From: Gammaproteobacteria bacterium
GTDB lineage: Bacteria; Pseudomonadota; Gammaproteobacteria; Steroidobacterales; Steroidobacteraceae
Assembly (NCBI GenBank): GCA_025358295.1
Contig: JANYJY010000010.1
Span: 25,913-89,912, forward strand
Reading direction: 5' to 3'
DNA length: 64,000 bases
The position numbers were made by a program, and so were the translations under genes. The notes beneath the pieces are model-generated. The model had not been told where the DNA came from. It ran no database searches and saw only the letters and a list, made by a program, of their open reading frames with translations. Below, one piece after another: positions 19,475-28,276 of the stretch (the first letter of the stretch is position 1; each line of letters starts with the position of its first letter).

Positions 19475-20230
19475 TCACTGGGCTATCAGGCCATTGTCGA
19501 TGACGATTTCCGTCGCATTGACGAATCGCGACTCGTCCGACGCAAGATAAACCACCAAATTCGCGACGTCTTCGGGTTTGCCCAGTCCCACGGCAGTGTT
19601 GTACACCGACATGGACATGCCCAATTCAGCCGTGGCCTTCACCACCATGGGTGTCTCGATAGCGCCGGCGTGAATGGAATTGCAGCGCACATTGTAATTA
19701 TTCATCTGGCAGTGCACCGCAATAGCCTTGGTCATCGAGCGCACGGCGCCCTTGGCCGCCGAGTAGGCATAAAACACCGGATACCCCAGGTGGGTGGCCG
19801 TCGAGCACATATTGATGATGGAGCCGCCCCCGGACTCCTTCATCACTGGGATTCCATACTTGCAGGCGAGAAAAACGCTGTCCGTCATGACGCGCAGGTG
19901 CGCGTGAAATTGATCCAGGGTGGCGGACTCCGGCGTGCCGATCACCACCATGCCGGCGTTATTCACCAGCACATGCAGGCCGCCGAAACGGCGCCGGGTC
20001 TCTGCGAAAACCTCCTGCCAGCGGCTCTCGCTGGATACATCGTGCACGAGAAATAGGGTGCTGCCCGCCCTGGCGGCATTCAATTCCGCCTCCAAAGCAC
20101 GGCCTGCAGCCTCATTGATGTCCGTGATCACGACGCTGGCGCCTTCCCGAACTAATGCTGAGGCGTCCGCCTTGCCGAGACCGGAAGCCGCCCCGGTTAC
20201 CAATGCCACCTTGCCGCTGACTCGACCCAT
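19475..20230 (-). CDS. Short-chain dehydrogenase/reductase (hydroxysteroid-dehydrogenase-like classical SDR)
   Basis: 251 aa. Motifs: VALVTGAASGLGKA, NNAG, YSAAKGA. Confidence 0.88.
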   Translation of the reverse strand: MGRVSGKVALVTGAASGLGKADASALVREGASVVITDINEAAGRALEAELNAARAGSTLFLVHDVSSESRWQEVFAETRRRFGGLHVLVNNAGMVVIGTPESATLDQFHAHLRVMTDSVFLACKYGIPVMKESGGGSIINMCSTATHLGYPVFYAYSAAKGAVRSMTKAIAVHCQMNNYNVRCNSIHAGAIETPMVVKATAELGMSMSVYNTAVGLGKPEDVANLVVYLASDESRFVNATEIVIDNGLIAQ

Positions 20231-20294
20231 GATGTCCCCCTATCCTTAATGTATGCCAGTGGGCTGAAACCTATCAGTCAACCCATCCGGTTTC

Positions 20295-20310
20295 AATCAG
20301 ATCTGACTTT
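20295..20310. promoter_or_regulatory. Degenerate related palindrome AATCAGATCTGACTTT in the SDR/TetR divergent gap
   Basis: TCAGATCTGA is a perfect palindrome. It shares ATCAG-NN-CTGAC with site 4 (ATCAGTACTGAC). It is 65 nt from the SDR start and 75 nt from the TetR start. Confidence 0.4.
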
Positions 20311-20384
20311 TTCAAGCAGGCGATACAACTTTGGCTTATAAAGGATTTTTGAGAAGCCGCCTCATTCAAGGGAACGTATAACGC

Positions 20385-21035
20385 ATGGCAGCAAATGGAC
20401 CAGGATCGAGCAGCGGCGTAGGCGAGGCCTTGGCGCCCGTCGGTTGGCAGGCTCAAAAGAGCGCATCGACGCGCACCCAGATCATCGAAGCGGCCATCAA
20501 ATGCCTGGTCGAATTGGGGTATGCCCGCACCACTACCGCCGTGATCGCCGAAAAGGCCGGCTTATCGCGCGGTGCCATGCTGCACCATTTTCCGTCGAAA
20601 ATGGACATCGTCAGAGCGGCCGTCGACTACTTGCATGCAAAGCGGCTGCGCGCCATGCGCAAGTCCATGGCTAAGGAACCCATCGATGGCGATCACGTCA
20701 GGCTGGGCGTGCAAAGTTACTGGACTCATGTCAAACATCCCTGGTTCGTCGCCTTTTTCGAACTCGCGGTGGCGGCGCGCACGGACAAGGAACTCGCCGC
20801 CATTTTATTCCCCGCGCAGGAAGCCTTTGAAAAGGAGTTCTTGACCACCAGCCTCGAATTCTTTCCCGAATGGAAGCGCAAGGGCGAAAAATTCCTGCTG
20901 GGCTTCGACCTAAGCCGCTATGTGATGGAAGGCATGGCCATCAGCTTCTTGACGCACAAGGAGACCGAGCGCGATCAGCGCGTGCTGCGTTACCTGGAAG
21001 AGAAGCTCACGGAACTGGCCGGCGAGGATCGATAG
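20385..21035 (+). CDS. TetR/AcrR-family transcriptional regulator
   Basis: 216 aa. Has an N-terminal HTH (TRTQIIEAAIKCLVELGYARTTTAVIAEKAGLSRGAMLHHFPSK). It is the only regulator gene inside the central island. Confidence 0.88.
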   Translation: MAANGPGSSSGVGEALAPVGWQAQKSASTRTQIIEAAIKCLVELGYARTTTAVIAEKAGLSRGAMLHHFPSKMDIVRAAVDYLHAKRLRAMRKSMAKEPIDGDHVRLGVQSYWTHVKHPWFVAFFELAVAARTDKELAAILFPAQEAFEKEFLTTSLEFFPEWKRKGEKFLLGFDLSRYVMEGMAISFLTHKETERDQRVLRYLEEKLTELAGEDR

Positions 21036-21062
21036 GCGGCGGCCCGGCGCTTCCCGCGAAGT

Positions 21063-21356
21063 TCAGCTCTTCCAATCCAGCAATTGCAGATCCATGTCGC
21101 CTTCCACGCACGCCATGATGGGCGGCACGAGACGATCGTGAAATGGGCTGGCCTGGTGCGCCTGAAATGCCGCTTCGTCCTTGAATCGGGCGTACACCAC
21201 GTAGGTGCGTGCCTTGGTGCGGCTCTTGATCACATCATAGACCAGAGTGCCCGGTTCGTCGGCGTGAGTCAGTTCGGAAAGCTCCTTTTGCAGCCGTTCG
21301 AACTCAGTCTCCTTGCCTTGCTTGATAGCCAATGTGGCGATGAAAGTCGTCGACAT
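21063..21356 (-). CDS. Antibiotic-biosynthesis-monooxygenase (ABM, ferredoxin-like dimeric alpha-beta barrel) domain protein
   Basis: 97 aa from the ATG at 21356 with an AGGAG SD: MSTTFIATLAIKQGKETEFERLQKEL...YARFKDEAAFQAHQASPFH. The longer listed ORF (to 21425) would overlap the upstream ABM gene. Confidence 0.65.
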   Translation of the reverse strand: MSTTFIATLAIKQGKETEFERLQKELSELTHADEPGTLVYDVIKSRTKARTYVVYARFKDEAAFQAHQASPFHDRLVPPIMACVEGDMDLQLLDWKS

Positions 21357-21376
21357 GAATTGCAATCTCCTAAAGT

Positions 21377-21670
21377 TCACTCCAGCCCGTCGAAATACTC
21401 TCGCTCCCATGTCCCGTTCAGACATGCGGATATTTTCGGCGCGATCTCGGCAAGCGCCTTTGAATTCATGTGCCGATGCTCGGTGGCCTCGTCGGGAAAG
21501 CTCTCGAGCACGGCATAACGGTTCTCTTCGCGCAGCTTGAAGAACTCGTACGCCAGCACCTCAGGCTCGCTCGCCCTGACATGCTCCTGCATTTGGCGGC
21601 ACAGACGAATGAATTCCGGCCGCTTCTCCGGCTTGACGGTCATGCGGGCAATGAATGTGATTTTAGCCAT
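21377..21670 (-). CDS. ABM domain protein (tandem paralog)
   Basis: 97 aa: MAKITFIARMTVKPEKRPEFIRLCRQMQEHV...LESFPDEATEHRHMNSKALAE. Confidence 0.7.
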   Translation of the reverse strand: MAKITFIARMTVKPEKRPEFIRLCRQMQEHVRASEPEVLAYEFFKLREENRYAVLESFPDEATEHRHMNSKALAEIAPKISACLNGTWEREYFDGLE

Positions 21671-21712
21671 GACGGTTTATGCTCCTGTAACTCAAACCGA
21701 AGGATTGCATCG

Positions 21713-22054
21713 ATGTCGAATAAAATGTCCGTGGCCGTGCCCTTGAGCGAAGTCCCGGCGGGAACCATGCATGCCTGCAGCGTCGGCGGCCGGGAAATCG
21801 TCATCTGCCGCACCAAGGACGGCATCTACGCGCTCGACAACATCTGCACGCATGCCTATGCCCGGCTCAACGAAGGCCGCCTGCGCGGCACGCGGCTCAT
21901 CTGCCCCTTGCATGGCGCGTCGTTCGACATTCGCGACGGGCGCGCACTGGGCGCTCCCGCGACGCGCGCGCTCGCCACTCATGCCGTCACCGTGGTCGAT
22001 GATCGCGTGGAAGTGACTCTGACGTCCGCCGAGCCCGGCAAGCTCACGCTGTAG
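21713..22054 (+). CDS. Rieske-type [2Fe-2S] ferredoxin (oxygenase electron-transfer component)
   Basis: 113 aa from the internal ATG at 21713 of the listed ORF 21470..22054: MSNKMSVAVPLSEVPAG...CTHAYARL...CPLHGASFDIRDG (CxH...CxxH). Confidence 0.85.
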   Translation: MSNKMSVAVPLSEVPAGTMHACSVGGREIVICRTKDGIYALDNICTHAYARLNEGRLRGTRLICPLHGASFDIRDGRALGAPATRALATHAVTVVDDRVEVTLTSAEPGKLTL

Positions 22055-22068
22055 CGCGCCCCTCCCGC

Positions 22069-23238
22069 TCACTTGGAATCCCGTTGCGCGAAGCGGCGGC
22101 CCACCATGGCCGCAGCGATGTTGACCTTTTGAATATCGATGGCACCGCCGGCGATACCCCAACCCCAGGCATCGCGCAGGCGCCGCTCCATCGGATACTC
22201 GCGGGAATAGCCGTATCCGCCCATTAATTGCACCGCATGTCCGGTCACTTCTCGGGCAATCTCGTTCGCGAAGCATTTCGCCGTCGATGACTCGATGACG
22301 CTGGGCATTCCAGCCTGCGCGTTGCTGGCAGCTCGCCAGATCAACAAGCGCGCGGCGTCCACCTTGATTCGCATGTCGGCGAGGCGCAGTTGCACCGCTT
22401 GGAATTCCACGATGGGTTTGCCGAATTGCCGCCGCTCCTGTACGTAGGCGAGAACATCCTCGAGCGCGCCGCTCGCCTGCGCGAGCGCCATGGTGGCATT
22501 GCCGCAGCGCTCCAGATCGAAGGCCTCCATGAGGCGCTTGAAGCCGCCGGCGGGCACGATTACATTCGAGAGCGGCACCGTGCAATTCTCGAAGTACAAA
22601 TCCGAAGACGGTACGCCGCGAAAGCCCATCAACGACTCGGGTTTACCGAAACTCAACCCCGGCGCGTCCTTCTCGACGTATACGGCGCCGATGCCTTTGG
22701 CGCCGGGAGCATCAGACATACGGCAATACGCCACATAGCCGTCGGCATGACCGCCGCCCGAACACCAACGCTTGCTGCCGTTGATCACCACACTCTGGCC
22801 GCGAATTTCTGCGCGGGTGGTCAGATCCGTCAGCGCCGAGCCGGCGCCGGGCTCGGACATGGCAATGGCGACGACGATTTCGCCGCTGCAAACGCGCGGC
22901 ACGATGCGCGACTTGAGTTCGCCATTGGCGAATTGTTCTATCGCGCGCACCGGGCCCACGCAGGACTCGAACACCGGAAACGCAACGGCAGAGGAGATCT
23001 TGCCGAACTCCTCCAGCACGATGAGCGCCTCGAGATTGCCCTGCCCCAAACCGCCCAACGCCTCGGGGATGTTGATGCCGAGAAAGCCGTGGCTCGCGAA
23101 TTCCGCGATGAGTTCACGGGACGGCGGCTCACCGCTGGTCTCGATCTGCTGCGCAATCGCCGGCAATCGCTTCTGCGCATATTCGCGTGCAGCCCCCTGC
23201 AGCGCACGCTGCTCTTCGCTCAGAGTAAAATCCAACAC
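22069..23238 (-). CDS. Acyl-CoA dehydrogenase
   Basis: 389 aa with a classical ACAD layout (LDFTLSEEQRAL...; GYGYSREYPMERRLRDA). GTG start preceded by a GAGG SD. Confidence 0.9.
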   Translation of the reverse strand: MLDFTLSEEQRALQGAAREYAQKRLPAIAQQIETSGEPPSRELIAEFASHGFLGINIPEALGGLGQGNLEALIVLEEFGKISSAVAFPVFESCVGPVRAIEQFANGELKSRIVPRVCSGEIVVAIAMSEPGAGSALTDLTTRAEIRGQSVVINGSKRWCSGGGHADGYVAYCRMSDAPGAKGIGAVYVEKDAPGLSFGKPESLMGFRGVPSSDLYFENCTVPLSNVIVPAGGFKRLMEAFDLERCGNATMALAQASGALEDVLAYVQERRQFGKPIVEFQAVQLRLADMRIKVDAARLLIWRAASNAQAGMPSVIESSTAKCFANEIAREVTGHAVQLMGGYGYSREYPMERRLRDAWGWGIAGGAIDIQKVNIAAAMVGRRFAQRDSK

Positions 23239-23265
23239 ACACCTCGCACGTGTAATATTCCCATC

Positions 23266-24489
23266 ATGAACGAATCAAGCCGCCAAACGCCAAATATTTC
23301 CCGCCAAGTCCTCGCCGGCATCCGCGTGCTCGATTTCGGCCGCTACGTCGCGGGCCCCTATTGCGCCACCTTGCTCGGATACCTGGGCGCCGAAGTGATC
23401 CGCATCGAACGCCGCGAGGGCGGCGAGGACCGGTACATCGCGCCGGTGGCCGACAGCGGCGAAGGCGGCGTGTTCTTCCAAACCGGAGCCAACAAGAAAT
23501 CCATCACTCTCGATCCCGGCAAGCCGGCAGCGCGCGCGCTGATCGCGCGGCTGGTCGCCACGGCGGACGTGGTCGTCGCCAACCTGCCGCCGCTGCAGCT
23601 GCGCAACATGGGCATCGACTACGAGACCCTGCGCGCCATCCGGCCCGACATCATCTTGACCACGCAGACCGCCTTCGGCGACCGCGGACCTTACGCCAAT
23701 CGCGGCGGCTTCGACGGCGTCGGACAGGCCATGTCGGGCGCCATGTATATCTCCGGCGAACCCGGCGCGCCGGCCAAGGCCGCTGCGCCCTACGTAGATT
23801 TCGGCACCGCGGTGCTCTGCGCCCTGGGCACCGTCGCGGCGATTCTGCACCGCGAACGCAGCGGTGAGGGCCAGGAAGTCAAAGGCACCCTGCTCGGCAC
23901 TGCGCTCGCCACCTTCGGTTCGCATTTGGCGGAACAGGGAGCGACGGGGATCAATCGCGTCGGCAGCGGCAACCGCGTGCAGACTTCCGCGCCCTCCGCG
24001 GTTTTCCCCACCCGCGACGGCCATGTGCTGACTCACGTCGTCGGCAACGGCCTGTTTCGGCGCTGGGACAAGCTCATGGGCGATGAAGCCCGCTGGACCG
24101 GCGATCCGCAGTACCGGGATGACGACTCGCGCGGCGACCACAGCGACAATATCCTGCAAAGCATGTCCGCTTGGTGCGCGGCCCGAACCAGTGCCGAAGC
24201 GCTCGCAGCGCTCGACGCAGCGGGCCTGCCCGCCGGGCCCATCTATTCGCCGCAGCAGGCGCTCGATGACCCGCAGGTGGCGGCCATGAATTTCCTGCAT
24301 GCGATTGCCGATTTTCCCGGCCTGCGGCGCCCCGTTCCGATCTCGGGACTGCCCGTGGACTTGAGCGTGACTCCCGGAACCGCACCCGGCCGTCCGCCCT
24401 TGCTGGGAGAACATACCGATGCCGTGCTTGCCGAACTCGGCTACACCACCGCCGAAGTCGCCGCCCTCAAAGAGTCGGCAGTGATATGA
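23266..24489 (+). CDS. Family III CoA-transferase (CaiB/BaiF)
   Basis: 407 aa from the ATG at 23266, internal to the listed 699 aa ORF. The family N-terminus is LAGIRVLDFGRYVAGPYCATLLGYLGAEVIRIE. Confidence 0.88.
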   Translation: MNESSRQTPNISRQVLAGIRVLDFGRYVAGPYCATLLGYLGAEVIRIERREGGEDRYIAPVADSGEGGVFFQTGANKKSITLDPGKPAARALIARLVATADVVVANLPPLQLRNMGIDYETLRAIRPDIILTTQTAFGDRGPYANRGGFDGVGQAMSGAMYISGEPGAPAKAAAPYVDFGTAVLCALGTVAAILHRERSGEGQEVKGTLLGTALATFGSHLAEQGATGINRVGSGNRVQTSAPSAVFPTRDGHVLTHVVGNGLFRRWDKLMGDEARWTGDPQYRDDDSRGDHSDNILQSMSAWCAARTSAEALAALDAAGLPAGPIYSPQQALDDPQVAAMNFLHAIADFPGLRRPVPISGLPVDLSVTPGTAPGRPPLLGEHTDAVLAELGYTTAEVAALKESAVI

Positions 24490-24491
24490 CG

Positions 24492-24525
24492 GCATGGGTC
24501 GCGCCCATTGAGACGCGACCCATGC
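24492..24525. terminator. GC-rich hairpin between convergent genes (likely bidirectional terminator)
   Basis: GCATGGGTCGCG - 10 nt loop - CGCGACCCATGC, a perfect 12-bp stem. It lies between the CoA-transferase stop (24489) and the TonB-dependent receptor stop (24533). There is no long U-tract. Confidence 0.6.
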
Positions 24526-24532
24526 GGCCGGT

Positions 24533-27028
24533 TTACTTCTGACCGAACTTGAAACCAATTTCTCCACCGACGAACAGCGGCTCTCCGTAGAACGACCACA
24601 CCCACAGGGGATCGACGTTCTGCGCCGATTCCTTGTAGAGCTTGTTCGTGAGATTGCGGCCATACACGCGCGCGAACCACTTGTTGCCCTCGCCGTTGTA
24701 GGTGATCGAGGCGCCGAGCAGCGCCCGCGCGTCCGCGTAGGTCTGAGTGAAGGGCGCATTCGGCAACGCAATGGAATACGTATCTAGATTCCTCGACACG
24801 TAATTGTCGTTGAGGTCGATGACCACCGTGCCATTGGTCCAGGCGACTGGGATGGTGTAGTTCAAATCGATCGTCGCCGTCACGGTCGGGCAACGATTGA
24901 CGGGCAGGCCGGACAGATCGGTGCTGCCGCCGCTTGCATTCAGCGTCGAGAAGTTGCCGTACGAGCAGTGTTGGAAGCTCAGCGGTGTGCGCAGCATCAG
25001 GCCGTCCATCAGTCGCACCGTCAATTCGTTCTCGATGCCGTACGCAGTCATTTTGGCGGCATTCTTGAACAGCGTCTCCTCACCCTGCTGCCCGTTCGCA
25101 TTGGTGATGGGCGCGACGACCTGGCGGATCAGGTCCGTGTAGCGCACATAGAACAGTGCCTCGTTGAGGCGCACGCGGCGATCGAACAACTCGCTCTTAA
25201 CGCCCAGCTCGAAGGAATCCGCTTTTTCCGGATTGGTTGGCTGCTTCTCCGCAGGAGTAATGGGCGTGCCGCCCGTGCCCACTTGGTCGTTGTAACCGCC
25301 GCCCTTGAAGCCGTGCGAGAAGTTCACATAGCCGAACACTTCGGGGTCGAATTGATGCGAGAGGGTCACGCGATACGAGGGTTGAGTCCACGAATGGCTG
25401 TCGGTCACCACACCGAACGGATAGGCGCTGAAATTAGCACCGCTCATCAAGCCGTTCAGTTGCGCGTAGGTGAACGCCGGCACGACGGCGCCGGTGGGCG
25501 ACGGCAATTGCTGCACGAACACCTGTTGGCGGCCAATCCAGTTCTTGCTGTCCTGGGTGATGCGCGCGCCGACGGTCAGCGTGGTGGCGTCCGTGAACTT
25601 GTAATTGGTCTCGCCGTACAGCGCCTTGGATTTTTCGGTCTGCTCGTTGCACAGCACCTGCGGATTGTTGTTATAGCCGCCCGGCTGCAATCCCGGCGGC
25701 GTCGGCACGCCGAACAGATCATAAATGCCAAGAATCTGCGCCACGCAGAACTTGGTGTCATCGTGCTGGTAAAACGCACCCGCCACGTAGTTGAAAGCGC
25801 CGATCTGCTTCGATGCGAAGCGCAGTTCTTCCTGCCAGGTCTTGCGGCGATCGGAACGGTTGGCATCGAACACCGACAGCGGTCCCACCACGCCGGTGTA
25901 ATCGGACGGCAGGCTTGAATCCTGCGACCGATAGCCCTGCACCCAGGTGAAGGTGCCAGGTTCGATGGTGTAATCGATGTTCAGATGCTCGCCCTGGGCA
26001 TCGACGCGATGACCGTTTTGCGAGTCGATCAAGTAGCCCTGGCGATTATCGACACCGGCGTTGCCCAGGGGGTTGTTACCGGTGTAGCCCGGCAAGCCGA
26101 GCTGGCCGAAGACGAAATAAGGAACATTGGTTCCCGGACGCAGGTCCGCCGGCGTCGTATTGACCGCACCCGGAGTGCCGGAGCGGTCGGTCAGCATTTC
26201 GTAGGTAAAGAGGGCACGTAAATTGTCCGTCGGTTCCCACAGCAGCTTGGCGCGGCCGGTGAACACATCCGAGCCGCCGACGCGCGCACCGTCGCCGGTA
26301 TACGTCGTGCCGCCGATCACGTTGCTGGCGCCGTTGCGCATCCAACCGTCCTGCTTCTCCTCGCTTGCCACCACGCGCAGTGCCAGGTGATCGGCGATAA
26401 TGGGGATATTGATGGCGCCCTGGCCGTGCATCTCGTTGTAGCTTCCGCCGCCGGCCTGAGCCTCGACGGTCATCTCCGTGAGAGATGGCGCCTTGGTTTT
26501 GACGATGACAGCGCCGCCCGTGGTGTTCTTGCCGAACAAGGTGCCCTGAGGTCCTCGCAGCACCTCGACTTCCTGGACGTCGAAGGGATCGAGCAGCTGA
26601 GTCTGTGTGCTCGGCATGACGAAGTCATCGATGAGCACCGCCACCGGCGCTTCGTTGTAAACGATGATGTCGGTGTTGCCGACGCCACGCATGGCGAACG
26701 ACGCGGCATTAAAGCCATTGACCTTGTTCGCCGAGAAATTCGGCACCAGCATCGCGAGGTCGGCGAGCGTGCGCGGCGTGAGCGCGGCCATGGTCTGCGA
26801 ATCGATGGCAGTGACCGCGATGGGGGTCGACTGCAGATTCGATTCGCGACGGGTTGCCGTGACGACGATTTCATCCAGGCCACCGACGGCGGGCTCGGCT
26901 GCAGCGGCGGTCGCGATCTCCGCGTGGGCAGTGGTTGACAGCAGCGCTGCTGCCACAGCAAGCGAGACGCTACGGTGATGCTGAAGTGTCGCGCGGCCGG
27001 CACGCCCGATGCGCTTGTTGATTGTCAT
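24533..27028 (-). CDS. TonB-dependent outer-membrane receptor (paralog 1)
   Basis: 831 aa. Has a signal peptide (...LLSTTAHA), a TonB-box/plug region (LDEIVVTATRRESNLQSTPIAVTAID) and a long beta-barrel. Confidence 0.9.
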   Translation of the reverse strand: MTINKRIGRAGRATLQHHRSVSLAVAAALLSTTAHAEIATAAAAEPAVGGLDEIVVTATRRESNLQSTPIAVTAIDSQTMAALTPRTLADLAMLVPNFSANKVNGFNAASFAMRGVGNTDIIVYNEAPVAVLIDDFVMPSTQTQLLDPFDVQEVEVLRGPQGTLFGKNTTGGAVIVKTKAPSLTEMTVEAQAGGGSYNEMHGQGAINIPIIADHLALRVVASEEKQDGWMRNGASNVIGGTTYTGDGARVGGSDVFTGRAKLLWEPTDNLRALFTYEMLTDRSGTPGAVNTTPADLRPGTNVPYFVFGQLGLPGYTGNNPLGNAGVDNRQGYLIDSQNGHRVDAQGEHLNIDYTIEPGTFTWVQGYRSQDSSLPSDYTGVVGPLSVFDANRSDRRKTWQEELRFASKQIGAFNYVAGAFYQHDDTKFCVAQILGIYDLFGVPTPPGLQPGGYNNNPQVLCNEQTEKSKALYGETNYKFTDATTLTVGARITQDSKNWIGRQQVFVQQLPSPTGAVVPAFTYAQLNGLMSGANFSAYPFGVVTDSHSWTQPSYRVTLSHQFDPEVFGYVNFSHGFKGGGYNDQVGTGGTPITPAEKQPTNPEKADSFELGVKSELFDRRVRLNEALFYVRYTDLIRQVVAPITNANGQQGEETLFKNAAKMTAYGIENELTVRLMDGLMLRTPLSFQHCSYGNFSTLNASGGSTDLSGLPVNRCPTVTATIDLNYTIPVAWTNGTVVIDLNDNYVSRNLDTYSIALPNAPFTQTYADARALLGASITYNGEGNKWFARVYGRNLTNKLYKESAQNVDPLWVWSFYGEPLFVGGEIGFKFGQK

Positions 27029-27112
27029 GAATAGCTCCCCTCTAAAAAGATCGATTTAGGCTTTGCGCCTTTTCGGAATATCGCAACACAAGCTACGCGG
27101 GACTCTCAAAAA

Positions 27113-27134
27113 AAACAAGCCTGACGGTTTGTTT
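27113..27134. promoter_or_regulatory. Island palindrome variant (22-nt class): AAACAAGCCTGACGGTTTGTTT
   Basis: Lies about 85 nt upstream of the TonB-dependent receptor start at 27028. It has AAACAAG/TTTGTTT arms, contains CTGAC and is preceded by an A8 run. It is a weaker match than the others. Confidence 0.35.
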
Positions 27135-27223
27135 GATAGGAAAAATACTTTGGCGATACAGCAGGCTAGACGCGCCGGAGGCAGCCAATGCCCTGGAAAT
27201 TGCTGCCGCCACGCGGAGTTACG

Positions 27224-28150
27224 TCATTTGTTGTATTCGTGCACGACCCGATAGCCGATACGCGGAAAATGCACCAGGACCGAGCCCACTAGCGGGTCGG
27301 ACCGGCGCACCGCGACTTCATACAGTGACAGCGTCGCCAATTCCCCGACCACCGGGTCCTTACCGTAGTCATTCGGGACTACTGCGACACGAACGCCGAC
27401 GGTCAATCCCAGCGCATCCGCGGCATCCACTCCCAGCCCCGGGGGCGCACCAGAGGCACGCGCTGCAGCGAGCGCGTCCTCGGCGCTCATCTCGGTGCGC
27501 TTGCCGTGGCCCACGCCGCGCATCCTGGCCTCCCACGCTTGCATGCGCTCGAAGGAGGCAAATATTTGGCCGGCGATAGGAACATTGCCGCGCGCCATCC
27601 ACACGGGAAAATAGGCGTGGATATCGGCAAGGCCGGGGATATCTCCCTGCATGAAAGCTCGGCCATCCGCGAGCTGCTGCTCTACCAGGTCGGCCTGCGC
27701 ACGGAACTGAGTGGTCAAATGCGGAATTTCTCGCTCGAGGTTATCGAAATCCATGAAATTGAAAAAGGCCTTGCGGTCGTTGATCACCGCCTCCGGCAGC
27801 CCGCGCTTGTTCAGCCCCATGGACAAACCCGCGCCGGGCTCAAAAAAGCTCCCATCGCTCCATGCGGCAAGCGCCATCGTCAGCCCTCTCTGGCCGAACG
27901 GAAACAGGGTTGGATGCGGGAATCGCGCCTCGAGCTCGGCCGCGATCAGGCGAGTGTCGCAATAAATATCCGCTCCAATCTGCAATACCGGCGTCTTTCG
28001 ATAGCCTCCGGTCAGCGCGGTCAGGAACGGCTTGGGCATGACCATGGGAATTTCGACGGAGCGCCAGGCCAGCCCCTTCAGTCCCAGCATCAGCCGCACC
28101 TTCTCGGCGAACGGCGACAGATCGAAATGGTGCAGAATCAGCTCGGTCAC
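27224..28150 (-). CDS. GST-fold protein with about 70 aa C-terminal extension (paralog 1)
   Basis: 308 aa. GTG start with an AAGGAG SD 7 nt upstream. N-terminal thioredoxin-like GST domain (ILHHFDLSPFAEKVRLMLGLKGL...YRKTPVLQIG). C-terminal beta-rich tail: ...VGVRVAVVPNDYGKDPVVGEL...VHFPRIGYRV. Confidence 0.7.
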   Translation of the reverse strand: MTELILHHFDLSPFAEKVRLMLGLKGLAWRSVEIPMVMPKPFLTALTGGYRKTPVLQIGADIYCDTRLIAAELEARFPHPTLFPFGQRGLTMALAAWSDGSFFEPGAGLSMGLNKRGLPEAVINDRKAFFNFMDFDNLEREIPHLTTQFRAQADLVEQQLADGRAFMQGDIPGLADIHAYFPVWMARGNVPIAGQIFASFERMQAWEARMRGVGHGKRTEMSAEDALAAARASGAPPGLGVDAADALGLTVGVRVAVVPNDYGKDPVVGELATLSLYEVAVRRSDPLVGSVLVHFPRIGYRVVHEYNK

Positions 28151-28194
28151 GCATGTACTCCTTGGTCAATAGCCTATACCCCAGGGCAATAAAA

Positions 28195-28212
28195 AAACAG
28201 TCAGGTCTGTTT
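28195..28212. promoter_or_regulatory. Island palindrome site 2: AAACAGTCAGGTCTGTTT
   Basis: Lies in the divergent gap between GST-like 27224..28150 (45 nt away) and Rieske oxygenase 28277 (65 nt away). It is flanked by A7 and a T-rich run. Confidence 0.55.
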
Positions 28213-28276
28213 CTTTTTTGTTGCCGGGTATAATCTTAAGGATACGGAAAGGTCGGCAGAAAGAGGCATCTGGGTC

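Noticed and set aside
22390-23265. 5' extensions of listed ORFs: the 699-aa form of the CoA-transferase, 36863..37405 ahead of the Nu-GST, 21470..21712 ahead of the ferredoxin, 57599..57757 ahead of the oxoprolinase, 4470..4718 ahead of DUF1289, 7052..7123, 10321..10398, 46672..46746 and 62969..63193
   Set aside because: The extensions overlap neighbouring well-supported genes and translate to low-complexity sequence. In each case an internal ATG or GTG with an SD or an ATGA coupling gives a protein of the expected family length.
27029-27223. Possible riboswitch (e.g. cobalamin) in the 195-nt leader of TonB-dependent receptor 1
   Set aside because: I read the minus-strand leader and found no B12 box (GCCACTG-like) or other riboswitch core that I recognise. 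It has only a short GGCAGC...GCTGCC hairpin, which may terminate the upstream GST-like gene, plus the palindrome variant.
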